Counted from the stretch's first letter, positions 39,635 to 50,341 are shown. The stretch: 64,000 bases of DNA from Candidatus Bathyarchaeia archaeon (GCA_050010755.1 JBEKKK010000004.1:1-64000); one strand, 5' to 3'. Numbers and translations: made by a program. Notes: generated by a model not told the origin, from the sequence alone.

Positions 39635-40414
39635 TTACTCCTCTTCCAGAGCCTTGATTACATCCTGCATTCCTGCTTCCTGCTCAGTTACCTTCAAGAA
39701 AATGTCTTCCAACGAGCCTTCAGCATCCTTCACGAGGCCGCGAAGATCGTCGACCGTTCCTTCTCCGACGAGTTTTCCCTTGTTTATTATCGCCACTCTC
39801 GTGCAGAGTTTTTCTGCAACTTCCATGATGTGCGTTGAGAATACAACCGCCCCGCCCTTCTTCGCGTGGAAAGATATCAGCTCCTTGAGGATTTTTGAAG
39901 ACCGCGCGTCCAAACCCACTAAGGGTTCGTCTAAAATCAGAAGCTTCGGGTCGTGCAGCAAGGCCGCAACAATAGCCACCTTTTGCTTGTTTCCCATCGA
40001 CAGGGCCGCTATTGGAGTATCGAAGTACTGGTTCAGTTCAAAAGCGGAAACGAACCTTTCAAGCCTAGGATTAGTCACACTGGCTTGTAACTGTCTTATT
40101 GAAGCGACGAACTCGAAAAACTCCCGCGGCGTCAGAGAATCTATTAGTACAACCTCTTCCGGAACGTAACCGACCTGGCTCTTTGCAGCGGCCTCGTCCG
40201 AAATGGGCGTATCATAAATCTCAACCTTGCCAGCGTGAGGGGTGAGAACACCCACCAAAACTTTAATGGTACTTGTTTTGCCAGCCCCGTTAGGGCCGAG
40301 CAACCCGTAAATCTCGCCGCTATTGACCGTGAACGATAGGTCATCAACTGCCACGAAAGTGCCATACGTAATGCCAAGCCCCTGAACCTTCACAGCAACT
40401 AGTCCCATGTCCAA
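39635..40414 (-). CDS. ABC transporter ATP-binding protein
   Basis: GPNGAGKT, LSMGNKQK, LILDEP, STH. Confidence 0.95.
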   Translation of the reverse strand: MDMGLVAVKVQGLGITYGTFVAVDDLSFTVNSGEIYGLLGPNGAGKTSTIKVLVGVLTPHAGKVEIYDTPISDEAAAKSQVGYVPEEVVLIDSLTPREFFEFVASIRQLQASVTNPRLERFVSAFELNQYFDTPIAALSMGNKQKVAIVAALLHDPKLLILDEPLVGLDARSSKILKELISFHAKKGGAVVFSTHIMEVAEKLCTRVAIINKGKLVGEGTVDDLRGLVKDAEGSLEDIFLKVTEQEAGMQDVIKALEEE

Positions 40415-40674
40415 CCCTTCACAACTGAACCATACCAGCCGCCAGTAGCCTTAATACGTTTCTGAAGTCAAAAACCAGCAACCAAATCCAGATTTTCGAA
40501 CTGTTTCGAAGCTGATTCAACCGATTCAACGCATTTAACGAACCAACTGCCACGCAAGTCAAACAAGCATCCGCACCCAAACGAGTTCGCTTCTTCTTGT
40601 TTCACAACAAAGCCAACACAAAAAATGAAGAAGAACTGGGGCTCTCATCAACAGCACCAAAGACACGTGCGCAA

Positions 40675-41820
40675 TTAATCCTCTGCGCTTGAAATGTTTT
40701 GAGGAACGAACCGCCTAAGCGTCTGCAAAGAGCGAATTTTCTCTTTATCCCCAATTTTCGCACTCTCTACGGCTCTTTTCAAGATCTGGATGGATTCGTC
40801 CATGGCTCTTCTGTCGACTGGACGTGGAACGCCGTCCTTTCCGCCGTATGCAAAAGAATACTTCACCGGATCCTTCCAGCTCGGCTTTTCGCCGTAAATC
40901 ATTTCTGCAACCAGAGCCAAACCCCTGACAGTGGCTGGTCCGACGCCCTTGAAGCCGAGTAATTCTTCATAATTGGAAGGTTGAAACTCATACACGGAGC
41001 GCAGAGTGTCCCAATTTATGTTTTTGGGCATCGACAAACTGCAAAAAGGGCATTCTTTCCATTTCGGGTCCCCGTTCTCGGGGAGCCATTCGCCCAATGA
41101 TTTCTGAAACTCTGGCCTCACAGATTGAACCATTCGCATGAGTCTTTTCGGTTCTTCTTTCACCAAATCCACTGACGCCTTCCGGCTGCCCTCGCTCTCC
41201 TTTGCCGTCATGTCTAACACGGTTTCACGTTTCACTTCTCCCACCACTGCAGTGTGCGGTTCAACGACAAAGCTTCTAACATCGTCCGAGAGCCAATGAT
41301 AGCGCCGCGCCGTCCTGTCTTCGGTGCACATGCCCTGCTGAACGACAGCCCACTTCCCACTGTTAGCGATGAAAAAGGCGTGATGATAAAGCTGATATCC
41401 CGCCTGCACGGCCACGTTGTCAACCTTGGCGCTCATCTTGCTGGCGTGACGCAGAGCTTTGACATCGTCATCTGAAAACCCGAATTCCTCTCCAACAGTT
41501 TCTATTTCCGCTGGTGCCCTTCGTGAAGCCCTCCCTTTTCCTCCGCAGACGGCCATGCCATGCTGTTGAGACGAGACGGCTTGTTTCAGGATTCCCGTTA
41601 GAACCGTTGTCACTCCAGAAGAGTGCCAGTCGTAACCTAGAACGCAGCCCAAAGCCTGGAACCAAAACGGATCTGAAACCCGCCTCAAAAACTCGTCTGA
41701 ACCATACTCATCAACGATTATCGTCACAATTTCCTTCGCCATCTTCTGCATACGCACAACCAGATACCGAGGCGCCTTGCCGTAATGAAGTGGAAGCCTA
41801 GCAACGCCCGTTCTCTGCAC
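40675..41820 (-). CDS. DUF763 family protein
   Basis: LPLHYGKAP, DPFWFQALGCVLGYDWHSSGVTT, VQQGM, ARRYHW, FAYGGKDGVP. Confidence 0.88.
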   Translation of the reverse strand: MQRTGVARLPLHYGKAPRYLVVRMQKMAKEIVTIIVDEYGSDEFLRRVSDPFWFQALGCVLGYDWHSSGVTTVLTGILKQAVSSQQHGMAVCGGKGRASRRAPAEIETVGEEFGFSDDDVKALRHASKMSAKVDNVAVQAGYQLYHHAFFIANSGKWAVVQQGMCTEDRTARRYHWLSDDVRSFVVEPHTAVVGEVKRETVLDMTAKESEGSRKASVDLVKEEPKRLMRMVQSVRPEFQKSLGEWLPENGDPKWKECPFCSLSMPKNINWDTLRSVYEFQPSNYEELLGFKGVGPATVRGLALVAEMIYGEKPSWKDPVKYSFAYGGKDGVPRPVDRRAMDESIQILKRAVESAKIGDKEKIRSLQTLRRFVPQNISSAED

Positions 41821-41862
41821 GGCAACACCGCTTATGATACCAGTTCTCAGAAAGTGGTTTAA

Positions 41863-42351
41863 TCATTTTGCTCTCTTCTTCAAGACATGCCCTTCGCGGT
41901 CAATCTCTCCTGTGCGGATCCGCGTGGTCGAAATAGCCTTGTGATCCTCGGAGGGAACCATGTTAATGACCACTATTTCAATCGGACCCAACCCCATTTC
42001 CTTCCTCTTCTCATTGACTTCAAACGCAACGGGCTCAGTCTCCCTGCTGACCACCAGTGCCTCAACAGGATCCGCGGACAGCAGTACTCCGCCATAGGCG
42101 TCCTTTATCGGGATTATCTCGGCCCTCTGCAGCACTCCTTGATCCTTCAAAAATCCTTTGAGCTCTCTCTTGCGCTGCTCGTAGCGAGCCGTTTGATGCG
42201 GCTTGTACATTTTCTTCACAAACTCATCTGAGGATACGCCGATAATTACCCGTTCGCCCAGGTCGAAAGCCTTGATGAGCAAATCTCTGTGTCCCTTGTG
42301 AAGCTCGTCGAAAGTGCCGCCCAGACCGACAGTTCTGAACTTTTTCCCCAT
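41863..42351 (-). CDS. coaD: Phosphopantetheine adenylyltransferase (archaeal type)
   Basis: GGTFDELHKGH, LVVSRET, ISTTRIR; last gene of the CoA operon. Confidence 0.92.
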   Translation of the reverse strand: MGKKFRTVGLGGTFDELHKGHRDLLIKAFDLGERVIIGVSSDEFVKKMYKPHQTARYEQRKRELKGFLKDQGVLQRAEIIPIKDAYGGVLLSADPVEALVVSRETEPVAFEVNEKRKEMGLGPIEIVVINMVPSEDHKAISTTRIRTGEIDREGHVLKKRAK

Positions 42352-42389
42352 TAGGTTTCACGTTTAACGCGACTATGCTGCATATAAGA

Positions 42390-43643
42390 CTATTTTGGTT
42401 TGAAGGCTTTAAGCGTCACATCCAGTATCTTCGCTGCGATTTCCCGCTTCTTGGCCATAGGCACGTGCACCGTACACTTATTCTTGTCCACAATGAAAAC
42501 CTCATTGGTTTCGGTTCCAAAGCCGGCTCCTTTCTTTCCCACGTCGTTTACCACGATGAGATCAGCCTTGGCTTCCAGCAGCCTCTTGTGGGCACTCTCA
42601 ATAAGCTGTTCCTTGGGAAGCTTGTACTCCGCACGAAAAGCCACCAGAAAAGTTTTGGGACTGACCTTCTTAACACTGTCAATTATCTTGACGGTGGGTT
42701 TCAGTTTCAATTCAAGCGACCGCGTCTGGTGCGACGAAACCTTGTATGAAAAAGGTTTTCCAGGCGTCCAGTCAGCAGCCGCGGCAACGGCTATGACTAT
42801 GTCGTAATGTTTTGACTTCAGTTCAGAAACTACCGCTTCATGCATTTCATCGGTCGTTTCAACATTCACCAAACGAGCTCCAAGAGAAGCGGCCACGGTT
42901 CCAGAGCCATAAATGAGTGTCACTTCTGCGCCGCGGCTCAAGGCTTCGTCTGCTATTGAAACGCCCATTTTTCCTGAGCTTCTGTTCGTTACGACGCGAA
43001 CAGGGTCTATGTGCTCAACGGTTGCGCCAGCAGTTATCAAAACTCTGAGTCCCGTGAAATCCCTTTTGACTCCAAGTTTGCATATCACTGCTTTGGCAAT
43101 ATCTTTGGTTTCGGCGATTTTTGCTTTCCCTTCCTCGATTCTTGGACCAATGAATTCGACCCCTAACGCCTTGAGTTTGCCAATGTTTTCGACCAATATT
43201 GGGTGGTTGTACATGGATTCGTGCATCGCAGGAACAATGATTATCGGGCAGTTTGAGCCGAAGGCCGTTGAGACCACGGAGGAGACGGCGGTGTCGTCAA
43301 TTCCGCAGGCAATCTTGCTTATGGTGTTTGCCGTGGCGGGGGCTATCAGTACAGCATCAGCTGTTAAAGAATGCTCGCCGACTAGGGCCACGTGTTCAAT
43401 CTTCCCTGTCAGTTCAGTTACGACCTTGTTTCCAGTCGCCCATTCCATCAAGTATGGATGAATGATTTTCCCCGCCATTGGTGACATTACTGGAAACACC
43501 TCAGCCCCGTGCCTCATCAAAACTCTGGCGATTTCTGGGCTTTGAACAGCCGCGACGCTGCCAGTAACGCACAACACTATACGTTTTCCCTTCAGCTCGT
43601 TGCCATCGGTTCCAACGATGTGCTTAGATGGATGCACCGACAA
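42390..43643 (-). CDS. coaBC: Phosphopantothenoylcysteine decarboxylase/synthetase
   Basis: VTGSVAA, APATANTISK, PAMHESMY, TAGAT.EHIDPVR, NRSSGKMG, IVVNDV. Confidence 0.96.
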   Translation of the reverse strand: MSVHPSKHIVGTDGNELKGKRIVLCVTGSVAAVQSPEIARVLMRHGAEVFPVMSPMAGKIIHPYLMEWATGNKVVTELTGKIEHVALVGEHSLTADAVLIAPATANTISKIACGIDDTAVSSVVSTAFGSNCPIIIVPAMHESMYNHPILVENIGKLKALGVEFIGPRIEEGKAKIAETKDIAKAVICKLGVKRDFTGLRVLITAGATVEHIDPVRVVTNRSSGKMGVSIADEALSRGAEVTLIYGSGTVAASLGARLVNVETTDEMHEAVVSELKSKHYDIVIAVAAAADWTPGKPFSYKVSSHQTRSLELKLKPTVKIIDSVKKVSPKTFLVAFRAEYKLPKEQLIESAHKRLLEAKADLIVVNDVGKKGAGFGTETNEVFIVDKNKCTVHVPMAKKREIAAKILDVTLKAFKPK

Positions 43644-43659
43644 GATCTGAATCCTCCCA

Positions 43660-44829
43660 TTAACCTCTTAATTTATTTACTATGTTGCTTAAATCTTGCA
43701 GGAATTGGTCAACATGCGTTTCATGAACATGTGGCATCACGACAATGCGAATGTGACGTGGAAAAAGGGATATCGCCCATCCTCGAAGCCTCAATTGTTC
43801 AGCCACTCTGCGAACGTCAACCGCATTCGATGTCAAGCCAACGACGTTCATCACCGGCTCTGTCGCCACACTCAAACCCCTAATACGGGGGATTCCCTCT
43901 GCAAGCTTCAGCGTCAAACGCATGCAGTTTTTAACGATTTTTCTGTAGCCTTCTCGGCCGAGATGCATCATCACTGTCCAGACCGCAATAGCTGAGGCGC
44001 CTGAACGCGTTCCGACCAGCGTGGCTTGATCAGTCTCTCCGCCCGACATATAGGGAATATTCCATGACACGACCTTTCTGTAATTTTCATTACGGAACAC
44101 TATCCCGCCCGCTGGAATGGGAGCCAAGCCCATCTTGTGCGGATCAACCGTGATAGAACACACTTCCGGAATTGCGAAGTCATAGTTAGGAACATTATAT
44201 CCAAGATCCTTCAGGAAAGGAAGTACGAACCCCCCGAAAGCTGCATCCACGTGAAGGCAGAGGTCTTTGTCCAGAGCAATTTCAGATAATTCCTTTATAG
44301 AGTCTACCGCACCCAGTTCCGTGGTTCCTGCAATACCCACGATGGCGATAGTCTTGGGATTCACGATCTTCCTGGCAGATTCAACATCGACTTGAAATCT
44401 GTCATTCAATCTAACTTTGACGATTTTCAAGCCTAGCAGATCTGCGGCTTTGTCGAAGGAGCAGTGAGCAGAAGCTGGCACTATCACCTCAGGCTTGGTT
44501 TTCTTCGACAGCGCTCTGGCCGACCAAAGGGCAAGAACATTCGCCTCCGTTCCGCCAGTAACAATGTTCCCGGAAGCCTTCGGGTTCGAAAAAAGGGTGC
44601 CTAGCATTTTCACTGTTTCTCTTTCTAATTCAGCCACGGCTGGGAAGAGCCCTGAGTCGCCGAGGTTCTTTTCAAGAAACATTGTGTAAATTTTCCTCGC
44701 CAGTGGATGCGGTGCAGTGCACATAGATCCAATTATTCTTCCAGAATCGTAGGTGAAGTCTCCCTGCAGCCTCGATTCAAGCTTCTTGAGTACCATTTTT
44801 TCCGGCATACCTTCAATCTGCATTTTCAA
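43660..44829 (-). CDS. mfnA: PLP-dependent aspartate/tyrosine decarboxylase (MfnA/GAD type)
   Basis: GSMCT, NLGD, TGGTEAN, AHCSFDK, HVDAAFGG, DPHKMG. Confidence 0.92.
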   Translation of the reverse strand: MKMQIEGMPEKMVLKKLESRLQGDFTYDSGRIIGSMCTAPHPLARKIYTMFLEKNLGDSGLFPAVAELERETVKMLGTLFSNPKASGNIVTGGTEANVLALWSARALSKKTKPEVIVPASAHCSFDKAADLLGLKIVKVRLNDRFQVDVESARKIVNPKTIAIVGIAGTTELGAVDSIKELSEIALDKDLCLHVDAAFGGFVLPFLKDLGYNVPNYDFAIPEVCSITVDPHKMGLAPIPAGGIVFRNENYRKVVSWNIPYMSGGETDQATLVGTRSGASAIAVWTVMMHLGREGYRKIVKNCMRLTLKLAEGIPRIRGLSVATEPVMNVVGLTSNAVDVRRVAEQLRLRGWAISLFPRHIRIVVMPHVHETHVDQFLQDLSNIVNKLRG

Positions 44830-44844
44830 GACTTCCTAAACATT

Positions 44845-45615
44845 CTAGTGGTACGTGTGTTCGTCGTCTGGATATTTGCCCGTTGAGACTTCTTGCTTGA
44901 ACTTGGCCACGGCTAGCTTTATCGTCTTGTTCAGGTTCGCGTATGCTTTCACATACTTAGGTTTGAAGCCCTCATCAAAACCGAGCAGGTCGTTTATTAC
45001 AAGAACCTGTCCGTCGCAGTGTTTGCCAGCACCTATGCCTATCGTCGGTACTTTCACAGAATCGGTTATTATCTTGGCTAGGCTTTCGGGGATGCATTCT
45101 AACACTATGGAAAACACGCCGAGCCTGTCTAGCTCTTGGGCATCACGCAGAATCTCTTCGGCTTCTTTAGGCGTTTTTCCTTTGACGCGATAAGTTTCAG
45201 CCATCTGGGGAAGCATTCCCACGTGGCCCATTACAGGTATTCCCTTTTTAATCAGGAGCTTTATGGCCTCTGTTTTGTTTCCTTCGATTTTTACTCCATT
45301 TGCTCCTGCATCAATAAACTGTTTCGCGTTCATTAGGCAGTCTTCGACGGTTGCGCAACTGTCAAGCGGCATATCGCCAATGATAGGCGTGGATGCTGCT
45401 CCCCTTGCAACTGCCCTGACGTGGAACATCATGTCGGTCATTGTCACGGTCTTGGTGTCCTTGTAGCCTTGCACAACCATGCCTGAACTGTCGCCGACGA
45501 GGATTAGGTCTATTCCGGCCTCATCAAGTATTCGTGCCATTTGAAAGTCATAGGCGGTCAACATTAAGATTTTTTGTCTGGCCTTCTTTTGCTTAATTCC
45601 TTCTTGAAAATTCAT
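44845..45615 (-). CDS. panB: Ketopantoate hydroxymethyltransferase
   Basis: MLTAYD, LVGDS, GDMP, VKIEG, VMGHVG, IGIGAG..CDGQVLV. Confidence 0.96.
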   Translation of the reverse strand: MNFQEGIKQKKARQKILMLTAYDFQMARILDEAGIDLILVGDSSGMVVQGYKDTKTVTMTDMMFHVRAVARGAASTPIIGDMPLDSCATVEDCLMNAKQFIDAGANGVKIEGNKTEAIKLLIKKGIPVMGHVGMLPQMAETYRVKGKTPKEAEEILRDAQELDRLGVFSIVLECIPESLAKIITDSVKVPTIGIGAGKHCDGQVLVINDLLGFDEGFKPKYVKAYANLNKTIKLAVAKFKQEVSTGKYPDDEHTYH

Positions 45616-46531
45616 TGTTTTCCTCCAAGAATTTTATGAAACTCGTTATTGCTTCGTTAAGCGGGGTTGAAACGCCATGTTTTTCACCTAACTCGACTAT
45701 TTTTCCGTTTAGAAAGTCAATTTCAGTCTTCTTCCCTTTCGTTAGGTCCTGGTACATCGATGAGAAATTCGTGTATCCTGCAATCTCTTTTTCGATCGAT
45801 TTCTCTAAATCCTGCGGAAAAGTCACCCATTCAGCATTTCCAACATTAACGCACTCTCTGAAAATCTGACGTCTGACAGGCGCCAAGGCTTGCGTTCCGA
45901 TTTCGCGATTTCTAACGCGAAAAACCGCTGTCAGAGGATTAACTACGCTGTTAACAACAACTTTGCACCATATCTTCTCTCTTATATTTTCGCAAACCCT
46001 TGTCTTCAAGCCGGCCCCTTTCAATAAATCCACAATCTCCACCGAAGAAGTGCCATCTTCAACGAATGTTTCTCCTTTCCAATAGCGCACTTCTCCCGCC
46101 TTGAAAAACTCTCCAGCCATGGTCGTGATTCCCCTCAGAACTTTAGCTTTGCCGTTTAGGGCGCGTTTGACTACCTCTTCGTTTCCGAGGCCATTTTGCA
46201 AGACCAAAACGACAGTGTCCTCTTTGAGAAGATTGCATATGCCTCTCATTGCGCTTTCCGAATCATGCGCCTTTGTCGTTAGGAATATCAGCGTCTTCTG
46301 AGGGATTTCTCGAATTTGCGTGTCAGCGGGCAAATGGAAAGTTTGATTCGCATCGCCCAAAACTGACAGACCACTTGCGTTTACGGCGTCTACATGTGCT
46401 TTGTTTCCGATTAGAGTTACGTCATTCTCCTTCGACACTAAAGCTCCTACGGCACTTCCTATTGCTCCAGCCCCCAAGATGAAAATCTTGTTGAACATTG
46501 CATCACTCTTTCTGTCTTCTTGCATGGACAC
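45593..46531 (-). CDS. panE: Ketopantoate reductase
   Basis: GAGAIG, TTKAHD, LQNGLG, WCKVVVN, SSMYQD, TEIDFLNG. Confidence 0.94.
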   Translation of the reverse strand: MSMQEDRKSDAMFNKIFILGAGAIGSAVGALVSKENDVTLIGNKAHVDAVNASGLSVLGDANQTFHLPADTQIREIPQKTLIFLTTKAHDSESAMRGICNLLKEDTVVLVLQNGLGNEEVVKRALNGKAKVLRGITTMAGEFFKAGEVRYWKGETFVEDGTSSVEIVDLLKGAGLKTRVCENIREKIWCKVVVNSVVNPLTAVFRVRNREIGTQALAPVRRQIFRECVNVGNAEWVTFPQDLEKSIEKEIAGYTNFSSMYQDLTKGKKTEIDFLNGKIVELGEKHGVSTPLNEAITSFIKFLEENNEFSRRN

Positions 46532-47297
46532 TTTGTGTCGCGATTTTTGTGAGGCCTTCGTTTATCAAAGCGATAGACTTGGCAAGGTTTTTGTTGTTAT
46601 CAAATTTCTCCAAAATACCTGCAAGTCTCTTGCGGTTTTGTTTTTTGAGATTCTCTGCGGTTTCCACCATTTTCGGTGCGGTTCTCACGATATTGTCGAC
46701 TATTGTGATTGTCGCGCATTGCGCAGTTCGCGACAAGGGGTTCAGATCAACCGCTATCACCTTTTTTCCCATCTTGGCGAGGGCTTCCGTTCTGTCACCA
46801 TCCTCCAGCGGCACCAAGACGACATCGGCCGCCAGTATTCCCCTAGGATCGACCCGACGTCTCTCGCTGTTCAACTCCGGAATCTGTGCAGATGCCTTGC
46901 CGCCCACTCCAAGCACATCCTGCGCTCCAGCTTTATTGAGCAACTCCTCAATAGCAACCTCCCTCTCATAGGATCTGTAAAAAAGGTTGACCTCAATCTT
47001 CGACCCTGTAACCTCAGCGAGTCTCACAATATCTTCAGGAACCAAAGCGACCGTGTTCCCATTAACTGAGATAACTGGATTTTCTGCTCTCAGAAGCATA
47101 GCAACGGCCGCCGAAATAGCTTCAAATGCCGGCTTTCTTGTTCTTTCGCCCAATAAATAATCGAAAGCCTCTCCCCGGCCGTGGGCAATCAAGCCCGAGG
47201 TAGCCACGATTCCTTTGAGATAGCACGCTATCAACCTCTCTCTCACTTGCAGGGATTTTGCCCTAGGATGGTCCGGCGGTATGTTGGTGTCAGTCAT
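46503..47297 (-). CDS. pps: Phosphopantothenate synthetase (archaeal)
   Basis: IPPDHPRAKSL, GLIAHGRGEAFDYLLGE, ISVNGN, VPLEDGDR, DLNPLSRT. Confidence 0.94.
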   Translation of the reverse strand: MTDTNIPPDHPRAKSLQVRERLIACYLKGIVATSGLIAHGRGEAFDYLLGERTRKPAFEAISAAVAMLLRAENPVISVNGNTVALVPEDIVRLAEVTGSKIEVNLFYRSYEREVAIEELLNKAGAQDVLGVGGKASAQIPELNSERRRVDPRGILAADVVLVPLEDGDRTEALAKMGKKVIAVDLNPLSRTAQCATITIVDNIVRTAPKMVETAENLKKQNRKRLAGILEKFDNNKNLAKSIALINEGLTKIATQSVHARRQKE

Positions 47298-48214
47298 GGA
47301 AGCAGCCGTGCTCCCTCATGATCTACCGTGCCGATGACATCTTGACCGCTCTGTGAATTTTCGCAAAAAACCTGCAAGAGCTGCTCAAGCTGACTTTTCT
47401 CTATTACAGAAAAGGCCGATTCGCCGAACATCGGCATGCTGCAAATGATGCCTGCCTTGTCTGCTGCAACAAGGATCTGTCTAACCTTTTCAGTTATTAG
47501 TCCAACGTGCTCAGCGAAACGACGGGAGAGCTTCATGAAATTCATGACGGTCGGCGCCCCTACCAGCTCTCGAATCATATCGCCGCCGAATCGGTTTATG
47601 CGAGCACGGATTTCAGAGTTAGTCAAAGCCTCTTTTGTCGAGAGAGGTCCGAAAACATGAGACACCACATAGGTGTCTTCTAGGAGCGGAAAACGCTTTA
47701 TTTCTCCGATTCCAGGAGCCCCAGGCCTCACACGAATTTCAAACCCGCCAAAAGTTTCGGCTAAGACTGTTCCAAGCCCAGTCCTGCATTCTACTTCCGC
47801 AACGTGGGCGACTTGGGCCGCTTCTAGTTTTGACATTCCGATCTGCAAGGCCTCGTTCAAGGCTAGAGCCAGACTCAGCGCTGCAGCACCACTTGTTCCA
47901 AATCCTGCGCCTAATGGAGCCTCTATACGATGATCTACCGAGATTTCAAAGTGAGAAGCGCTACTGAGGCGCGAAATGAAAGCATCGACGACGCGTTCCG
48001 AAACTCTTGAAGAGTTAACAAGTCTATTGTTGATGCTGACTTTCAAGTTGTATTTGGAACTTTTCTTGATTTTAACAGTCGTTTTGGCTCCCAGATTTAT
48101 TGAGACTCCCGCACCTTTTGATCCCACGCGCAGGGCGTCTGTTGGTTCATCAAATATTTCAAAGAATCCCGTAATGTGGCAGGGTGCGAAAGCAGTGGCC
48201 TCTTCCATCATCAA
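47294..48214 (-). CDS. pok: Pantoate kinase (GHMP family)
   Basis: AFAPCHITGFF, GSKGAG, PLGAGFGTSGA, AHVAEV..TGLG, RPGAPG. Confidence 0.92.
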   Translation of the reverse strand: MMMEEATAFAPCHITGFFEIFDEPTDALRVGSKGAGVSINLGAKTTVKIKKSSKYNLKVSINNRLVNSSRVSERVVDAFISRLSSASHFEISVDHRIEAPLGAGFGTSGAAALSLALALNEALQIGMSKLEAAQVAHVAEVECRTGLGTVLAETFGGFEIRVRPGAPGIGEIKRFPLLEDTYVVSHVFGPLSTKEALTNSEIRARINRFGGDMIRELVGAPTVMNFMKLSRRFAEHVGLITEKVRQILVAADKAGIICSMPMFGESAFSVIEKSQLEQLLQVFCENSQSGQDVIGTVDHEGARLLP

Positions 48215-48488
48215 CGCCTAGTCGTCACGTTTAATGAAACAGCGTCAAATAAGAATTCTGTATGAAATGTCTATACATGTTTAAACTTCGTTCTTCCTAA
48301 TGAGCCTATACGAGAAAAAGAAGCAACGATTCTCGGGATTAGGAGTGTCTGCAGAACCTGTTCATGCTGTACGCTCAACAATCAGAAATTAGAATTCAAC
48401 CGAAGGCATCAAGAAATCAGACGAAAAATGAACTCAGGGCCAGTGCTTAGATATTTAAATATTCGGTCAAATCTCTTACAAGTCACAG

Positions 48489-49193
48489 TTGGTTGAGCCT
48501 CGGATGTCTGAAACGGTTGCTTATCGCCATCTTTTCACGTTGCTGAAGCTGGCTGAAATGGGAGCGCATCGAAGAATTGCAAAAATATCGACGGAGTACT
48601 TAGCCGGGAAGCTTGGGGCCTCTCAGCAGACTGCTTCGCGCTACTTGATTGAACTAGAAAACAAAGGATGGATTGAAAGGACAATAACGCCGGAAGGCTG
48701 TCTAATAAGAATTACAAGTGGGGGAGTGAAGGAGCTGAACAAGCTTTACTCTACCCTTCGCGTGTTAATGGAAGCGGCCTATCCGCCATCAGTTACATTA
48801 GAGGGCAAGGTTTTCACGGGATACGGGGAGGGGGCTTATTATATATCAAGGGAAGGCTACAGAAAACAGTTCATTGAGAAATTGGGCTTTGACCCGTATC
48901 CCGGTACGCTTAACCTGAAACTCGTCACCGACTATGATACCAAAGCTAGAAACGAATTGGAAGCCTACCCCGGAGTGGAAATCGAGGGCTTCAGAGACGA
49001 GGATCGCACTTTTGGCTCAGTGAAATGCTACCCGGTGATTATGGAGAATCAGGTGAAGGGGGCCCTCATCTTGGCTTTGAGAAGCCACTACGACGTATCC
49101 GTGTTGGAGATAATCGCTCCAGTTCCATTAAGGAGACACCTGAAGCTTAAAGACGGGCAAAAGGTGAAGGTTGAAGTGCTGACACTCCCTTGA
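48489..49193 (+). CDS. ribK: CTP-dependent riboflavin kinase with N-terminal HTH
   Basis: SQQTASR HTH; GYGEGAYY, GFDPYPGTLN, LEIIAPVPLR. Confidence 0.93.
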   Translation: MVEPRMSETVAYRHLFTLLKLAEMGAHRRIAKISTEYLAGKLGASQQTASRYLIELENKGWIERTITPEGCLIRITSGGVKELNKLYSTLRVLMEAAYPPSVTLEGKVFTGYGEGAYYISREGYRKQFIEKLGFDPYPGTLNLKLVTDYDTKARNELEAYPGVEIEGFRDEDRTFGSVKCYPVIMENQVKGALILALRSHYDVSVLEIIAPVPLRRHLKLKDGQKVKVEVLTLP

Positions 49194-49263
49194 GAGTGTG
49201 ATCAAGCGCGTGGGGCCCGGTTTTTCTACGGGCATCTTTTTCAAGGGCCTTAGCTTAGCCTTG

Positions 49264-49887
49264 TTATCTAGGATAGTTATATTCGTGGCTGGCGAATTTG
49301 TATCGGCGGGTTGTCGCCAGTGCATAACCTATCAACAGACCCGTCGCTAAGCCGCCCAGGTGGGCCAAGTAGTTTACGTCAGGTCCAAGGTTGATTACGA
49401 AAAAGAAGAGCGCAAAGAGCAGTGCTCCCATAATCGATTGTCGAATCGAGTGTCTTGCGTATACGATCGTCGCTCCCAGGACTCCGAATATGGCGCCTGA
49501 CGCTCCGATGGAAACCGTGTTAGGCGGCCAGAGGGCAAGAGTAAGTAGACCTCCCGATAATCCGCTCAGAAAATAGATGAGGATGTATTCTTTGATGTCA
49601 AACATGTCTTCCGCTCGTAACCCGAAGATCAGCAGGAAAAACATGTTTCCAAAAATGTGCAAAATGTCTGCATGAACAAAAATGGCTGTGAAGAGCCTCC
49701 ACACCTCACCATTCCACACATTAGCGTTAATTTGTCCCACGGCGCTGACGACGCCATCACTAGTATTCAAGCTCCCGCTGAGAATAGACGTGAACACATA
49801 GACCGCGACGTTTACCGTTATGAACACATAAGTGGGCATGAACTCCCGAGAGCTTTTAGACATCCACTCATCTTCTATAGTCCTCAA
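49264..49887 (-). CDS. Rhomboid intramembrane serine protease
   Basis: WRLFT, HIFGNM, GASGAIFG, AHLGG. Confidence 0.93.
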   Translation of the reverse strand: MRTIEDEWMSKSSREFMPTYVFITVNVAVYVFTSILSGSLNTSDGVVSAVGQINANVWNGEVWRLFTAIFVHADILHIFGNMFFLLIFGLRAEDMFDIKEYILIYFLSGLSGGLLTLALWPPNTVSIGASGAIFGVLGATIVYARHSIRQSIMGALLFALFFFVINLGPDVNYLAHLGGLATGLLIGYALATTRRYKFASHEYNYPR

Positions 49888-50341
49888 TTATTCTCTTCTT
49901 AATCTTCGAGGAACTGTCCAACTCGTCTGAGCTGAATTTGCCTATCCGGACTGTCTGAATCTTCAACCCATGTTGCTTAACATAATCTTTCACTGTTTTC
50001 TCCATTCCCATTTGGTCGTATCCGAAAGCAACGACGTCGGGGCTGATTTTTTCAAGAACCTTTGCAACATCGAACGTCTCATAGCCCAGAATCGCCTCGT
50101 CAACAACTCTCAAAGAGGCCACGAGAGCGCACCTTTGGTTCTCAGGCATGATTGGTCTTTCACCCTTCCTGCTCTGAACAGTGCTGTCTCTGCCGATTAT
50201 GACTACCAGCTCAGCATTTGGTCCGCCGGCCTTCTTTGCCTCTTCTAAGAAACGCACGTGCCCGAGGTGCAGCAAGTCAAAAACGCCCGACGCGAGAACT
50301 ATCTTCCCCTTGGTTTTCTTTCCGTTTTCATCGTTGGCCAT
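49868..50341 (-). CDS. ribL: Archaeal FAD synthase
   Basis: GVFDLLHLGH, VDEAILG, FGYDQ, SSSKIK. Confidence 0.88.
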   Translation of the reverse strand: MANDENGKKTKGKIVLASGVFDLLHLGHVRFLEEAKKAGGPNAELVVIIGRDSTVQSRKGERPIMPENQRCALVASLRVVDEAILGYETFDVAKVLEKISPDVVAFGYDQMGMEKTVKDYVKQHGLKIQTVRIGKFSSDELDSSSKIKKRIIEDYRR

